NCBI RefSeq assembly: GCF_037042905.1
Contig: NC_087251.1
Location: forward strand, 38,814,001-38,878,000
From: Lytechinus pictus
Lineage: Eukaryota
DNA: 64,000 bases
Direction: 5' to 3'
Made by a program: the position numbers and the translations under genes. Shown piece by piece: positions 63,601-64,000 of this stretch (positions are counted from its first letter, which is position 1; every line of letters starts with the position of its first letter). The notes under the pieces were generated by a model. It worked only from the letters and a program-made list of their open reading frames with translations, had not been told where the DNA came from and did no database searches.

Positions 63601-64000
63601 TTGGGGGGGTTTCAGGGGAAATTTTGAACAAATATTATTTTGCTCAATTTTGGCAAATTTTCCCAATTTTCCATGTCGTGGGTGGGGCGAGGGGGTCCAA
63701 AATTAAAACTCCCTGGATCCTCTTGATTCTCGCTGTAATAATCGGTTAGGATGCTAAAACATCCCAGGGAGTGAAGACGGCTGATTTGGGGGGGTTTCGG
63801 GGAAAATATTGAACAAATATTATTTTGCTCAATTTTGCCCAATTTTCCATGTCGCGGTGGGGCGAGGGGGTCGAAAATTCAAACTCCCTGGATCCTCTTG
63901 ATTCTCGCTGTAATAATCGGTTAGGATGCTAAAACATCCCAGGGAGCAAAGACGGCTGATTTGGGGGGGTTTCGGGGGAAATATTGAACAAATATTATTT

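Larger units (their letters stand above)
22371..64000. repeat. 186-bp tandem satellite array, ~220 highly similar monomers, continuing past the window end (centromeric/pericentromeric-like)
   Basis: Monomer TAAAACATCCCAGGGAGCGAAGACGGCTGATTTGGGGGGGTTTCGGGGGAAATATTGAACAAATATTATTTTGCTCAATTTTGGCCAATTTTGCCCAATTTTCCATGTCGCGGGTGGGGCGAGGGGGTCGAAAATTCAAACTCCCTGGATCCTCTTGATTCTCGCTGTAATAATCGGTTAGGATGC repeated head-to-tail, with a 62-aa periodicity in the ORF track. A centromeric role is not shown by the sequence. Confidence 0.98.

Noticed and set aside
22611..63842. Long minus-strand ORFs (up to 719 aa) of a 62-aa repeat, MENWAKLAKIEQNNICSIFPPKPPQ…, as a giant repeat protein
   Set aside because: 186 is divisible by 3, and one stop-free frame out of six is not unlikely for 62 codons. 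Frequent 1-bp and 10-bp indels and stops break the frame, with no sign of codon-level constraint.
22371..64000. CRISPR-like array
   Set aside because: There are no unique spacers, the whole monomer repeats, there are no cas genes, and the context is eukaryotic.

Overview
Eukaryotic, repeat-dominated animal DNA with no intact host gene visible. The repeat style and transposon types suggest a marine invertebrate such as a sea urchin, which is inference only. Left to right: (1) a degenerate repeat built on a GCGAGCGCGAAGCGCGAGC motif, interrupted by a 5'-truncated L1/Tx1-type LINE (minus strand, 15-bp TSD), itself split by an 820-bp TA-flanked Tc1/mariner-type foldback MITE; (2) minisatellites and an ~800-bp polypyrimidine tract; (3) an ~14.6-kb Academ-type (AcademX) DNA transposon (~6329-20976) with repeat-built inverted ends and a ~1530-codon transposase/XPG-nuclease/CXC gene broken by one frameshift and one nonsense codon. 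Its non-coding interior holds several promoter/first-exon-like modules that each run into copies of a ~40-bp palindrome; (4) from ~22371 to the window end, a homogeneous 186-bp satellite (~220 monomers) with shifting higher-order repeats. Near its edge is an 860-bp Penelope-like retroelement fragment (11-bp TSD) carrying a GIY-YIG coding end, an octamer/TATA promoter and a variant (U3-A8) minimal hammerhead ribozyme pointing into the array. Almost all ORFs in the supplied track after 22.5 kb are artefacts of the satellite.
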